Shown here: positions 26,619 to 35,252 of the stretch, in pieces
Layout: the number at the start of each line of letters is the position of its first letter
Numbering within the stretch: position 1 is the stretch's first letter
Source: Pelagibacteraceae bacterium
Lineage (GTDB): Bacteria; Pseudomonadota; Alphaproteobacteria; HIMB59; GCA-002718135
Direction: 5' to 3'
Length of the DNA: 64,000 nucleotides
Assembly: GCA_017639935.1 (NCBI GenBank)
Contig: JAGFWP010000010.1
Location: forward strand, 11,213-75,212
Notes under the pieces: model-generated
What the model was told of the DNA's origin: nothing
Databases searched by the model: none
Seen by the model: the letters and a program-made list of their open reading frames with translations, nothing else
Program-made: the position numbers and the translations under genes

Positions 26619-27116
26619 ATGAGAATAAGTAAAACGATTATTTCTTATCTGAAGAAAGGTGGAGCAGATTTTTTTCTATCTGTCCCATGCAAACTTCTGG
26701 CCAATATGATAGCAATTTTAGAGAATGATAAAGATGTTTTTTATTCGGCAATCCCTAGAGAAGAAGAGGGTATGGGGATATGCGCAGGTGCGTATCTAGG
26801 AAACAAACTACCTTGTATCATGATGCAAAATTCTGGCATTGGTAATGCGGTTAACTCCATTGTTTCTCTTCTGCAATTGTATCAAATGCCTGTTGTTTTT
26901 TTAATCAGTTATCGCGGTACACCTGGTGAGTTAGTTGGCGCTCAAGCTGGTATGGCAAAAGTTACAAAAGAGATATTACAAACATTGCGCATACCAATGC
27001 TACATTGCAGTTCGGAGAAAGATTTAGATAAAATAAGTACTTTCACAGCATATGCAAAAGTTATTGAAAATCCAGTAGCCATTTTATGTGATTTTAATTT
27101 AATGAAAGAAGATTAA
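26619..27116 (+). CDS. TPP-dependent decarboxylase, alpha subunit (sulfopyruvate/phosphonopyruvate decarboxylase family, ComD-like)
   Basis: SVPCKLL...REEEGMGICAGAYLGNKLPCIMMQNSGIGNAVNSIVSL...PVVFLISYRG matches the ComD pattern. Confidence 0.8.
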   Translation: MRISKTIISYLKKGGADFFLSVPCKLLANMIAILENDKDVFYSAIPREEEGMGICAGAYLGNKLPCIMMQNSGIGNAVNSIVSLLQLYQMPVVFLISYRGTPGELVGAQAGMAKVTKEILQTLRIPMLHCSSEKDLDKISTFTAYAKVIENPVAILCDFNLMKED

Positions 27117-27688
27117 TGAACCGTTTTGAATTACTAAAGTCATTACAACCTATGTTACAAGATAATTTGATAGTATGTAACATCGGAATTCCCTCACAAG
27201 AGCTGTATCACATAAACGATCAACCAAATTATTTCTACATGCTTGGGAGTATGGGGTTAGCATCTTCTATTGGATTAGGTTTGTCCTTATCAGTTGATAA
27301 AAATGTTATAAGCATTGATGGGGATGGATCTGTCTTAATGAATATGAATACACTTGCAACTGTTGGAAATAGAGCGCCCAATAATTATACTTTGTTGATT
27401 ATTGACAATAGTTCGTATGGCTCCACGGGAGATCAAAAAACATTTACTGATGAAAAAACAAATTTAAAAGAAGTTGCAATCGGCGCCGGTTGTCGCAATG
27501 TAATTGAGTGCAACGGATCTGATACACCGTCAAATCTAGAAAAAGCACTAGGTGATAAAAATAATTCTTATGTTATTATTTCAAAAATCAATTCCGGCAA
27601 TGTTGCGGTAAAACCAATTCCAATAAATCCTATTACAATAAGAGATCGTTTTAGAAAGATTATTGGAAAAGTTGACTACCTCAAATAA
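27116..27688 (+). CDS. TPP-dependent decarboxylase, beta subunit (ComE-like)
   Basis: GSMGLASSIGLGLSL and the TPP-binding GDGSVLMNMNTLATVG...IDNSSYGSTGDQ. ATGA-type overlap with the alpha subunit. Confidence 0.8.
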   Translation: MNRFELLKSLQPMLQDNLIVCNIGIPSQELYHINDQPNYFYMLGSMGLASSIGLGLSLSVDKNVISIDGDGSVLMNMNTLATVGNRAPNNYTLLIIDNSSYGSTGDQKTFTDEKTNLKEVAIGAGCRNVIECNGSDTPSNLEKALGDKNNSYVIISKINSGNVAVKPIPINPITIRDRFRKIIGKVDYLK

Positions 27689-27705
27689 AGCCCTTCCATT
27701 TATCA

Positions 27706-28641
27706 ATGAAAAAAATTTTAATAACAGAGTTTATGGAACAAGACAGCATCAATTTGATCGCTAAAAAATTTGATGTCACTTATGATCCTAAGTTGTGTGA
27801 AAACGTTAAAGACTTAGTTTCTCAAATACATTTGTTTGATGCCATTATTGTTAGAAACAAAACCCAAGTTAATGATTCAGTTTTGCAAAAAGCGCGTAAT
27901 TTAAAGTTTGTAGGTAGATTAGGAGTTGGTTTAGATAATATTGATAATGATTTTTGTGAGAAAAATAATATTTTTGTTCAACCTGCAACAGGAATGAATG
28001 CCGACTCAGTTGCTGAATATGTTATCAACTGCTCCTTGTCCTTATTAAAAAATATACCCTTAATGCATCAAGGAACTATTACCGGGCGATGGCCGCGAAC
28101 CTCTATTGAATCAAGAGAACTGCGAGGAAAGACAATGAGTTTGCTTGGATTTGGCATCATTGGAAAAAAAGTCAGCAAGTTAGCACAGGCATTTGGTTCA
28201 AGAATTATTGCTTGTGATCCATTCGTTTTACCCTCTGCTGAAAGTAAATACAATATATCATTGGTAGAGCAGAAAGAACTTTTTGAAATAGCCGATATTA
28301 TATCAATTCATCTCCCGCTTAATAATGAAACTAAGGATTTATTAAATTTTAATTCTTTTTCATTGATGAAAAAAAAACCAATCATTATTAATTCATCAAG
28401 AGGTTCCATCGTGAATGAGAGAGATTTAATAAGGGCTTATCAGGATAATTTAATCAGTGGCTTTGCCTTGGATGTTTATGAATCTGAACCAGTCAAAGAG
28501 AATTTTTTTAAAAAAATTGACAATACCATGAATTGTATTCTAACCCCGCATATTGCTGGTGTGACTAATGAATCCAATGCTCGTGTCAGTCAATTTATTG
28601 CTGAAAAGTTAATTAGATTTTTTGAGAAAATTACAGACTAA
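27706..28641 (+). CDS. D-isomer-specific 2-hydroxyacid dehydrogenase (PGDH/GyaR-like)
   Basis: NAD motif GFGIIGKKV, and catalytic region SSRGSIVNE...D and TPHIAG. Confidence 0.88.
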   Translation: MKKILITEFMEQDSINLIAKKFDVTYDPKLCENVKDLVSQIHLFDAIIVRNKTQVNDSVLQKARNLKFVGRLGVGLDNIDNDFCEKNNIFVQPATGMNADSVAEYVINCSLSLLKNIPLMHQGTITGRWPRTSIESRELRGKTMSLLGFGIIGKKVSKLAQAFGSRIIACDPFVLPSAESKYNISLVEQKELFEIADIISIHLPLNNETKDLLNFNSFSLMKKKPIIINSSRGSIVNERDLIRAYQDNLISGFALDVYESEPVKENFFKKIDNTMNCILTPHIAGVTNESNARVSQFIAEKLIRFFEKITD

Positions 28642-29713
28642 ATTCACTCATCAAAACAACTCTGTTTTCTTTGATCGAAAGCTCAGCTGCCTCTCCAATT
28701 GCCACAGCCACTAATCCATCATTTAGAGAAACCTCCGGTAATAAGTTATTTAGAATAGCGTTTATAAAAGCTTTATGTTCATAAAATGTTGAGCCATGAT
28801 GATGGCCTGCCTCGAGGATAGTCTTATCTACTGTTATTTTTTCTTGCTTAACTTCATTATTTTTTCTAAAGCCAATTCTTATATGTGACGAAGAGATGCC
28901 TGATTGATGTGACGGTACGCCTGTTTCTATTTTACCTTTTGCGCCAACAGCACACAGTTCTTCTTGGTGTTTTGAATTTTCAGCAAACATGCATAAATCT
29001 AAAAGTGCTCTGACTCCGTTTTTAAAATCAATAATCACGTAGGCATTATCAATAATGTCAGGAGTTTTTCCGTCATATTTTTCATTCAAGTGATTTACAT
29101 CTTGGCTGCCGCTTGCATATACTTTTAAAGGCTCGCTTTGCACTATCAGTCTCATTAAATCAAAAAAATGACAGCATTTTTCAACTAAAGTTCCCCCTGT
29201 ATTAATTGCAAAGCGGTTCCAGTCATCAACTTTGTCTAAAAAGGGAAATCGATGCTCTCGAATGGATAGCATGTGTAATTTACCAATAGTTTTATTATGT
29301 ATTTCTTTAATCATTTTTTGGATGGGCGGCATGTATCTATACTCCATTGCCGTCCAAATTATTCCAGGATAATTTTTTGTCAAATTTGCAAATTCTTTGC
29401 AATCTTGCAGGGTTGTACATAACGGTTTTTCAATCAATAGGTGGGCATTAGACTTAATTATATCTTTTAAAACTTCAAAATGAGTATTATTGGGAGTTGC
29501 TACAATATAAGCATCAGCTAGATTCTCGTTAATTAGATCATGGTGATTATTAAAAGACGGAATATCCTTTTTAAACAAGGCTAAGCTTTCATTAAGAGAT
29601 TTGTTGTTAGTGTCAGATAGGGCGACAACTTCAGCTTCTTCAATAATTTCAATATTACGAATATGCTCCTGGCCCATAGTGCCAGTTCCAACAATGGCAT
29701 ATTTTATTGTCAT
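28631..29713 (-). CDS. Gfo/Idh/MocA-family oxidoreductase
   Basis: N-terminal Rossmann YAIVGTGTMGQEHIRNI and EKP motif (LLIEKPL). Confidence 0.88.
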   Translation of the reverse strand: MTIKYAIVGTGTMGQEHIRNIEIIEEAEVVALSDTNNKSLNESLALFKKDIPSFNNHHDLINENLADAYIVATPNNTHFEVLKDIIKSNAHLLIEKPLCTTLQDCKEFANLTKNYPGIIWTAMEYRYMPPIQKMIKEIHNKTIGKLHMLSIREHRFPFLDKVDDWNRFAINTGGTLVEKCCHFFDLMRLIVQSEPLKVYASGSQDVNHLNEKYDGKTPDIIDNAYVIIDFKNGVRALLDLCMFAENSKHQEELCAVGAKGKIETGVPSHQSGISSSHIRIGFRKNNEVKQEKITVDKTILEAGHHHGSTFYEHKAFINAILNNLLPEVSLNDGLVAVAIGEAAELSIKENRVVLMSEFSL

Positions 29714-29780
29714 AATTTGTTATTCATAAAAATCCTAAAATCACAAAAATAATATTTATATAATTTAATCATAAAAAAAA

Positions 29781-29794
29781 TTGATATAGATCAA
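29781..29794. promoter_or_regulatory. perfect Crp/Fnr-type palindrome TTGATATAGATCAA
   Basis: Exact TTGAT-N4-ATCAA, centred ~74 bp upstream of the minus-strand start codon at 29713. Confidence 0.35.
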
Positions 29795-29950
29795 ATTATT
29801 TAACAATTATTAAAATGACATTTTATGTTTTTTTATTACATAAGCTTCTTTTATTAAACATCCACTTATTAAAATATTTATCTTTTTATCAGAAGAACAT
29901 GGCATTTTTTTATTTATCCCAGAAATATGAATATTCTTTTCATAATAGTA

Positions 29951-29973
29951 TTGACAAGTAAAACGTTTTATTA
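29951..29973 (+). promoter_or_regulatory. promoter/LacI-type operator, copy 3 of 4 (ABC operon C), followed by an extra half-site
   Basis: Identical 23-mer with palindrome at 29959-29970. CGTTTTATTAAT is repeated at 29980-29991, just before a TATAAT at 29992-29997. Confidence 0.75.
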
Positions 29974-30048
29974 ATACATCGTTTTATTAATTATAATCGT
30001 AAAAAAATTATAATAATTTTTGATATAATTTTCTAGTTAGGAGAAACA

Positions 30049-31275
30049 ATGAGAATATTAAAATATTTAATTATTTTAAGTACAATATTTGCTTCATCAA
30101 TTTCTTCGGCAGGTACATTGGTTGTAAACTCTAACCAATCCGGTGAATCCTCGGAAGCGGCATTTAATGCTTACGTTGCGGCATTTGAAGCGGCACACCC
30201 AGATATTGATGTGCAAGTAAATTTAACTGAACATGAAGCCTATAAAACAGCTATCAGAAATTTCTTGGTTGCGGAAGCGCCAGATGTAGCTATCTGGTTT
30301 GCTGGCAATAGGATGAAATTCTTTGTTGATCAAGGCTTGTTCATGGACGTCAGTGATGTCTGGGCTGATGCAGATCTCAATAACATAATGTCATCATCAA
30401 AAGCTTCTTTGAGCGTTGAAGGCAAACAGTATGGTGTTCCATGGGGTTATTACCAATGGGGTGTTTATTACCGGAAAGACATCTTTGATAATCTGGGACT
30501 TAATGTTCCTAAGGATTGGGCTGAGTTTAAATGGGTGTGCGCAATGTTAAAGAAAAATGGGATAACACCAATTACTATTGGAACAAAATATCTTTGGACC
30601 GCTGCTGGGTGGTTTGATTATTTGAACTTAAGAATCAATGGATATGCATTCCATATGGGCCTAACAGCAGGTAAAATAAGTTATGAAGATAGTAGACTTG
30701 ACGCTGTGTTTGATGCTTGGAGAGAGTTAATTGAACCAGGGTATTTCCTAGAAGACCATGCGACTTACTCTTGGCAAGAAGCGCAAGCTCCACAAATTAA
30801 TGGAGAAGCTGCTATGTATTTGATTGGTAACTTTTATGTTCCGACTTTAGAAAGCGCAGGTGTTGTTGATAAAATGGATTTTTTCCAATTTCCACCTATC
30901 AAGCCAGGCGTAGGAATGTATGAAGATGCACCAACTGATACAATGCATATTCCAAGTGGCGCTAAGAATGTAGTGGATGCAAAAAAATTCCTAGCATTCA
31001 TGTCAGATCCTTCCGCAGCAACTAATTGGGCAAAAATGGGCGGCATGCTAAGCCCTAACTCTCTTGCAGATGCTCCAACTGATCGTTTTCAACAAATGGG
31101 GTTTGCGATGTTGAATGCAGCGGATGGTTTGGCCCAATTCTATGATCGCGACGCTAATCCTGATATGGCGAAAGCTGGCATGGAAGGTTTCCAGGAATTT
31201 ATGGTTAAGCCTGACCGTGAGGCTAAAGTTAGAGCAAGAATGGAAAAGGAACGTAGGCGTATCTACGGAGAATAA
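30049..31275 (+). CDS. ABC transporter substrate-binding protein, family 1
   Basis: Signal peptide (..SSISSAGT) and SD GTTAGGAGAAA, at the head of a permease pair. Confidence 0.9.
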   Translation: MRILKYLIILSTIFASSISSAGTLVVNSNQSGESSEAAFNAYVAAFEAAHPDIDVQVNLTEHEAYKTAIRNFLVAEAPDVAIWFAGNRMKFFVDQGLFMDVSDVWADADLNNIMSSSKASLSVEGKQYGVPWGYYQWGVYYRKDIFDNLGLNVPKDWAEFKWVCAMLKKNGITPITIGTKYLWTAAGWFDYLNLRINGYAFHMGLTAGKISYEDSRLDAVFDAWRELIEPGYFLEDHATYSWQEAQAPQINGEAAMYLIGNFYVPTLESAGVVDKMDFFQFPPIKPGVGMYEDAPTDTMHIPSGAKNVVDAKKFLAFMSDPSAATNWAKMGGMLSPNSLADAPTDRFQQMGFAMLNAADGLAQFYDRDANPDMAKAGMEGFQEFMVKPDREAKVRARMEKERRRIYGE

Positions 31276-31289
31276 GAATTGATATTTTT

Positions 31290-31319
31290 AAAGGCGGAGC
31301 TATGTTTCCGCCTTTTTTT
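31290..31319 (+). terminator. hairpin + T-run after the SBP gene
   Basis: AAAGGCGGA-gctatgtt-TCCGCCTTT followed by tttt. Confidence 0.7.
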
Positions 31320-31339
31320 GTTTATAGTAAATTTTCATA

Positions 31340-32254
31340 ATGACATTCTGGCAAAGAAATCAATTAAGAATCGCTCCATTTTATTTCCTGGCTCCAGGAT
31401 TAATGTTATTTTTAATTTATGTAATTTATCCAATAATAGATTCCATTTGGGTTAGTTTCCACGAATGGAATGGAATGTCAAAAGATCTTTTAAAAGCAGA
31501 CGGCACACCTAAAAATTGGAAATGGGTTGGATTTGGAAATTACATTGATTTATTTCAAGATGAAGATTTTTATGTAGCTTTTTTTAATAATGTTAGATGG
31601 CTAATACTTAGTCTTTTAGTTATTCCCTTAGGTTTAGCGTTAGCACTTTTTTTAAATCAAGATTTCAAAGGAATGAGATACATCAAGTCCCTTTTTTATT
31701 TTCCATTTGTGATCAACTTGGTCGTTGTTGGACTTATATTTGCCTGGTTTTATAATCCAAAATATGGTCTTCTTGGACAAGCCTTCAGCGGTCTTGGACT
31801 TAAACCTATTCCTATTCTGTCCGATGAGCTCTATGCAACATATGGCATTATATTCGCCTCTTTTTGGCCTTCCATAGCTTACACTATGATCATTTATATC
31901 ACGGGCTTGACGGGAATAAATCGTGAAATGATTGAAGCGGGAAGAATTGATGGTGCGTCAGGATTTAAAATGCTTTGGCACATAATACTACCACAACTGA
32001 AACCCGCAACTTTAATAGCAGTCGTAGTAACCATTGTCGGTGCGCTTAGAAGTTTTGATTTAATAGCTATTATGACGGCAGGAGGACCATGGGGCAGCAC
32101 CAAAGTTCTTGCTTATAAAATGTACGAGGAGGCATTGTTTAATTTTCGAATGGGATATGGCGCTGCAGTTGCAACAATATTGTTTTTACTGATGGATATC
32201 TACATTGCATATTTTTTATATAATTTATTCAAGAATGAAAGAGGCGCGAAATAA
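31340..32254 (+). CDS. ABC sugar-type permease (MalF/UgpA-like)
   Basis: EAA loop EAGRIDGASGFKMLWHIILP. Confidence 0.9.
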   Translation: MTFWQRNQLRIAPFYFLAPGLMLFLIYVIYPIIDSIWVSFHEWNGMSKDLLKADGTPKNWKWVGFGNYIDLFQDEDFYVAFFNNVRWLILSLLVIPLGLALALFLNQDFKGMRYIKSLFYFPFVINLVVVGLIFAWFYNPKYGLLGQAFSGLGLKPIPILSDELYATYGIIFASFWPSIAYTMIIYITGLTGINREMIEAGRIDGASGFKMLWHIILPQLKPATLIAVVVTIVGALRSFDLIAIMTAGGPWGSTKVLAYKMYEEALFNFRMGYGAAVATILFLLMDIYIAYFLYNLFKNERGAK

Positions 32255-33105
32255 TGTTTCCAACACCCATTCAAAAAGCGTCTCTTAAAATTAACATCAC
32301 GTATAAAGTTCTACTTATTATCACTCTTGTGCTTTGGTTACTGCCTTTGATTGCTGTGATGATGACTTCAGTTCGCACCAGCGGAGATATTTTGAAAGGC
32401 AATTATTGGACTGTTCCAACGGAGTTTGCTTTAATTGAAAATTATGGAACCGTTTTTAAACTGGGCAATTTAGCGCGCTACTTTTTTAACAGTCTAGTCA
32501 TTACCCTTCCAACAGTCCTGGGCACGATTGTTTTAAGCTCCATGACCGGATACACCTTAGCTGTACACCGGTTTAAATTAAATTTTTTGGTTTTCGCAAT
32601 GTTCATTGCAGGAAACTTCATACCGTTTCAGATTTTGATGATTCCAGTGAGACATCTCACAATCAATTTAGGAATGTATGACACATACTGGGGTTTGATT
32701 GTTTTTCATATTGCCTTTCAAACAGGTTTTTGCACCTTCTTTTTAAGGAACTTTATTAAAGAATTGCCATTTGAGTTAATAGAATCAGCAAGGGCAGACG
32801 GCGCGACTGAATGGACCATTTATCGGAAAATCATAATACCGTTAACTTTGCCCGCCATAGCAGCCTTAGCAGTGCTTGAGTTTACTTTTATTTGGAATGA
32901 TTATTTTTGGTGCCTGATATTATCACAGAGTGAAGGAACCAAGCCCATAACGCTGGGGTTGCAAACTTTACAAGGTCAATGGATGTCCTCGTGGAACATC
33001 GTTTCCGCGGGATCTGTCGTAGCAGCTCTTCCGCCCGTCATTATGTTCTTTACAATGCAAAAACATTTTATTCAAGGATTGACTTTTGGAGCGGTTAAAG
33101 GATAA
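32254..33105 (+). CDS. ABC sugar-type permease (MalG/UgpE-like)
   Basis: EAA loop ESARADGATEWTIYRKIIIP. Confidence 0.9.
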   Translation: MFPTPIQKASLKINITYKVLLIITLVLWLLPLIAVMMTSVRTSGDILKGNYWTVPTEFALIENYGTVFKLGNLARYFFNSLVITLPTVLGTIVLSSMTGYTLAVHRFKLNFLVFAMFIAGNFIPFQILMIPVRHLTINLGMYDTYWGLIVFHIAFQTGFCTFFLRNFIKELPFELIESARADGATEWTIYRKIIIPLTLPAIAALAVLEFTFIWNDYFWCLILSQSEGTKPITLGLQTLQGQWMSSWNIVSAGSVVAALPPVIMFFTMQKHFIQGLTFGAVKG

Positions 33106-33173
33106 TTTGTTTTAAGAATCACTTGTATTGAAATACAAAAGTATTAGAAGAAATTTATCTTAGAAGACGTTAA

Positions 33174-34193
33174 ATGACAGAATTAAATCAAACCGCATTA
33201 AAAATAGTTTCAAATGGCAAAGGCATTTTAGCGGCTGACGAAAGCACAGGGACGATGACAAAGCGGCTTGATTCAATCAACGTTGCATCCAGTCCTGAAA
33301 ACAGGTTAATCTTTAGGGAAGCGTTATTTTCATCAAATGGAATGGAGAATTTTATCGGTGGAGTGATTTTGTTTGATGAGACAATAAAACAAAGTACAAA
33401 ATCAGGTAACAGCATACCTGAGTTGATTAATCAGAGTGGAGCTGTTATCGGAATAAAGGTCGATGCTGGAGCAAAAATTCTTGCCGGCTCCCCAGAAGAA
33501 AAAGTTACTGAAGGATTGGACGGGCTCAGAGAAAGATTGACTGAATATTATAAATTGGGAGCAAGATTTACAAAATGGAGGGCCGTATATAACATTACTG
33601 AAAAACATCCCTCAGAGTTAGCAATTAAATCAAACGCCCATGCCTTGGCTAGATATGCAGCCTTGGTTCAAGAAGCAAACATGGTTCCTATTGTTGAACC
33701 AGAAGTCTTAATGGATGGCGATCATGACATTAATAAGTGTTATGAAGTAACAGCAAAGGTTTTAAATGAATGCTACAAAGAACTAAAATTGCATAATGTG
33801 GATTTAAAAGGAACAATATTGAAACCCAATATGATTTTGCCTGGAAATGGATCAAAAAATGAAAGTAGAACTGGAGAAATTGCTAAAATGACGCTTAAGT
33901 GCTTAAAAGAAAATGTGCCAGGCGAGGTTCCTGGAATAGCTTTTTTATCAGGCGGCCAAACAGAAATTGAAGCAACACAAAACTTGAATGAAATTAATAA
34001 AATTAATGATACAAATTTTGCACTGACCTTTTCTTACGGCAGAGCCCTTCAGCAAAGTGCGTTACAATATTGGGGAAAGAATCAAGAAGATCTTGTCAAT
34101 GTACAAGAAATATTCAGTCATAGGGCTAAAATGAATAGCTTATCTACATTAGCCAGATGGACAGAAAATCTGGATAAAATTAATATTCAATAA
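33174..34193 (+). CDS. class I fructose-bisphosphate aldolase family protein
   Basis: ILAADESTGTMTKRL and the Schiff-base lysine context GTILKPNMILPG, with full-length collinearity to the glycolytic class I aldolase family. Confidence 0.9.
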   Translation: MTELNQTALKIVSNGKGILAADESTGTMTKRLDSINVASSPENRLIFREALFSSNGMENFIGGVILFDETIKQSTKSGNSIPELINQSGAVIGIKVDAGAKILAGSPEEKVTEGLDGLRERLTEYYKLGARFTKWRAVYNITEKHPSELAIKSNAHALARYAALVQEANMVPIVEPEVLMDGDHDINKCYEVTAKVLNECYKELKLHNVDLKGTILKPNMILPGNGSKNESRTGEIAKMTLKCLKENVPGEVPGIAFLSGGQTEIEATQNLNEINKINDTNFALTFSYGRALQQSALQYWGKNQEDLVNVQEIFSHRAKMNSLSTLARWTENLDKINIQ

Positions 34194-34199
34194 TTTTTC

Positions 34200-35246
34200 A
34201 TGACATCAATTCGTTGGGGCATTATTGGTCCAGGAAATATCGCGCATAGGTTCGCTGATGGATTAGAAGAAGCAAGATCAGGTGAATTGGTTGCTATTGC
34301 CAGCACCAATGAAGGGAGAAGAAAATCATTTGGCGATAAATACAATATTGATTCAACACTTCGTTTCTCCTCTTATGATGAATTAGTTGAATCATCGGAC
34401 ATTGACGCTATTTATATCTCCACCCCCCACACACTTCATGCGGAATGGACGATAAAGGCTGCGGGCAGAGGAAAACACGTATTATGTGAAAAGCCAGGAG
34501 CGGTTAATCTTGAAGAAGGTAAGCAAGTCATACAAGCTGTACAGGAAGCAGGTGTTTTTTATATGGAGGGCTTTATGTATCGGTGCCACCCGCAAATAAA
34601 AACATTGCTTAAACTTATTAAAGAAAAAAAGATTGGAGAGATCAAATCAATAAAATCCTCTTTTGGATTTGATACGGGTAAAACAATTCCCAAGTCTCGT
34701 TTATTTAATAAAGAACTAGCAGGCGGGGCAATACTCGATGTAGGAGTTTATCCCATATCCTTTTCCCGCTTGGTAGCGGGCGCCGCTAGTGGAAAAAAAT
34801 TCCTTAATCCAGTCAAGTTATCGGGATCTGCCACAATTGGAGAGACGGGCGTGGATGAAGTTGCACACGCTAAATTTGAATTTGAAAATGGTATTGTAGC
34901 TGAAGCATCAACGGCCATACGAGAAGAGATGACTGATGATGCAATAATTACAGGATCAAAAGGAACCATTGAAATGAGTGAACCTTGGACGCCTGGAAAA
35001 GATGGGGAAGGATATCATTCAACAATAAAGATTAATATAAACGATAACACCGAGATTGTTGATATGAAAGGCCAAGAACATTTATTTTATTTTGAGGCTG
35101 AGTTGGCGAGTCTATCGATAAAAGATAATAAATTAGAAGTCCCACATCCGGGTATGACTTGGGAGGACACACTTGGCAATCTCAAAACCCTTGATGATTG
35201 GAGGGAACAGATTGGTTATTCAATTCAACGTGATTCAACTTCATAA
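34200..35246 (+). CDS. Gfo/Idh/MocA-family oxidoreductase
   Basis: IRWGIIGPGNIAHRF Rossmann and CEKP motif. Confidence 0.88.
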   Translation: MTSIRWGIIGPGNIAHRFADGLEEARSGELVAIASTNEGRRKSFGDKYNIDSTLRFSSYDELVESSDIDAIYISTPHTLHAEWTIKAAGRGKHVLCEKPGAVNLEEGKQVIQAVQEAGVFYMEGFMYRCHPQIKTLLKLIKEKKIGEIKSIKSSFGFDTGKTIPKSRLFNKELAGGAILDVGVYPISFSRLVAGAASGKKFLNPVKLSGSATIGETGVDEVAHAKFEFENGIVAEASTAIREEMTDDAIITGSKGTIEMSEPWTPGKDGEGYHSTIKININDNTEIVDMKGQEHLFYFEAELASLSIKDNKLEVPHPGMTWEDTLGNLKTLDDWREQIGYSIQRDSTS

Positions 35247-35252
35247 ACTTTT

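Noticed and set aside
26619-27688. Phosphonopyruvate decarboxylase / phosphonate biosynthesis
   Set aside because: No PEP mutase gene, aminotransferase or other phosphonate genes are nearby, and the context is catabolic (transporter, glycosidase, LacI control). It cannot be excluded by eye, so the family-level name is retained.
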